64,000 nucleotides of DNA from Acidobacteriota bacterium (GTDB taxonomy: Bacteria > Acidobacteriota > Polarisedimenticolia > J045), in assembly GCA_017994815.1 (NCBI GenBank), contig JAGOJY010000004.1:76466-140465 (forward strand), in the 5' to 3' direction. Shown piece by piece: positions 63,939 through 64,000 of the stretch. A program made the position numbers and the translations under genes. The notes beneath the pieces were generated by a model that saw nothing but the letters and a program-made list of their open reading frames with translations, was not told the origin of the DNA and did not search any database. How positions within the stretch are numbered: position 1 is the first letter of the stretch; each line of letters starts with the position of its first letter.

Positions 63939-64000
63939 GCTTCACCTCCGGACGCGGGAGTCTACGCGGGGATGTGGACACAGTCATCTCTCCTGACGCC

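Noticed and set aside
1-64000. CRISPR arrays
   Set aside because: No regularly spaced short direct repeats were seen. The only tandem repeats are coding (fliK) or the iteron-like cluster.

Overview
This is a high-GC (~70%) bacterial chromosome window that splits into two parts. All calls are from the sequence alone; my manual indexing may be off by 1-2 nt against the ORF track in places.

Part 1 (1 to ~26.65 kb) is a mosaic integrative genomic island inserted at the 3' end of a minus-strand tmRNA (ssrA, 26649..27005). A tyrosine integrase sits immediately inside the junction. The island carries, in order:
- a RelE/Phd toxin-antitoxin pair with operator repeats;
- an HNH nuclease;
- a Toprim/CHC2 primase translationally coupled to a P-loop ATPase, next to an inverted iteron-like repeat structure;
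- a DUF1653 gene and a divergent class III nucleotidyl cyclase fused to an unknown C-terminal domain, in a low-GC patch;
- a large serine recombinase and a pRiA4b-ORF3-like gene;
- a Sec-secreted RHS/YD-repeat polymorphic toxin with a low-GC candidate immunity gene and an upstream Cys-rich secreted protein;
- a SWIM zinc-finger protein overlapping a Cas4-like PD-(D/E)XK nuclease, and a divergent HerA/TraD-like ATPase;
- a six-gene overlapping operon of membrane proteins, a membrane-anchored T4CP-like ATPase, a recombinase-fragment/excisionase-HTH protein and the integrase.

Part 2 (27.0 to 64.0 kb) is host backbone. It holds a PARP-type zinc-finger protein, an MFS transporter and a Uma2 endonuclease, then a large flagellar/chemotaxis region: motAB, fliL, an HDOD-csrA-fliW trio, flgLKNM, a rod-binding protein gene, flgIHAGF, fliNM, fliA, flhGFAB, fliRQPO, a second fliN-type gene, flgED, a repeat-expanded fliK, a CheX-REC-like gene, cheX and cheY, followed by a sulfatase and an M23 peptidase.

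Sigma-54 (-24/-12) and sigma-28 promoter-like motifs can be read upstream of the flagellar operons.

The most likely undescribed system is the low-GC cyclase-fusion gene with its DUF1653 neighbour in the island. The SWIM/nuclease/HerA-like cluster and the minimal ATPase-plus-membrane-protein transfer-like operon are secondary candidates.
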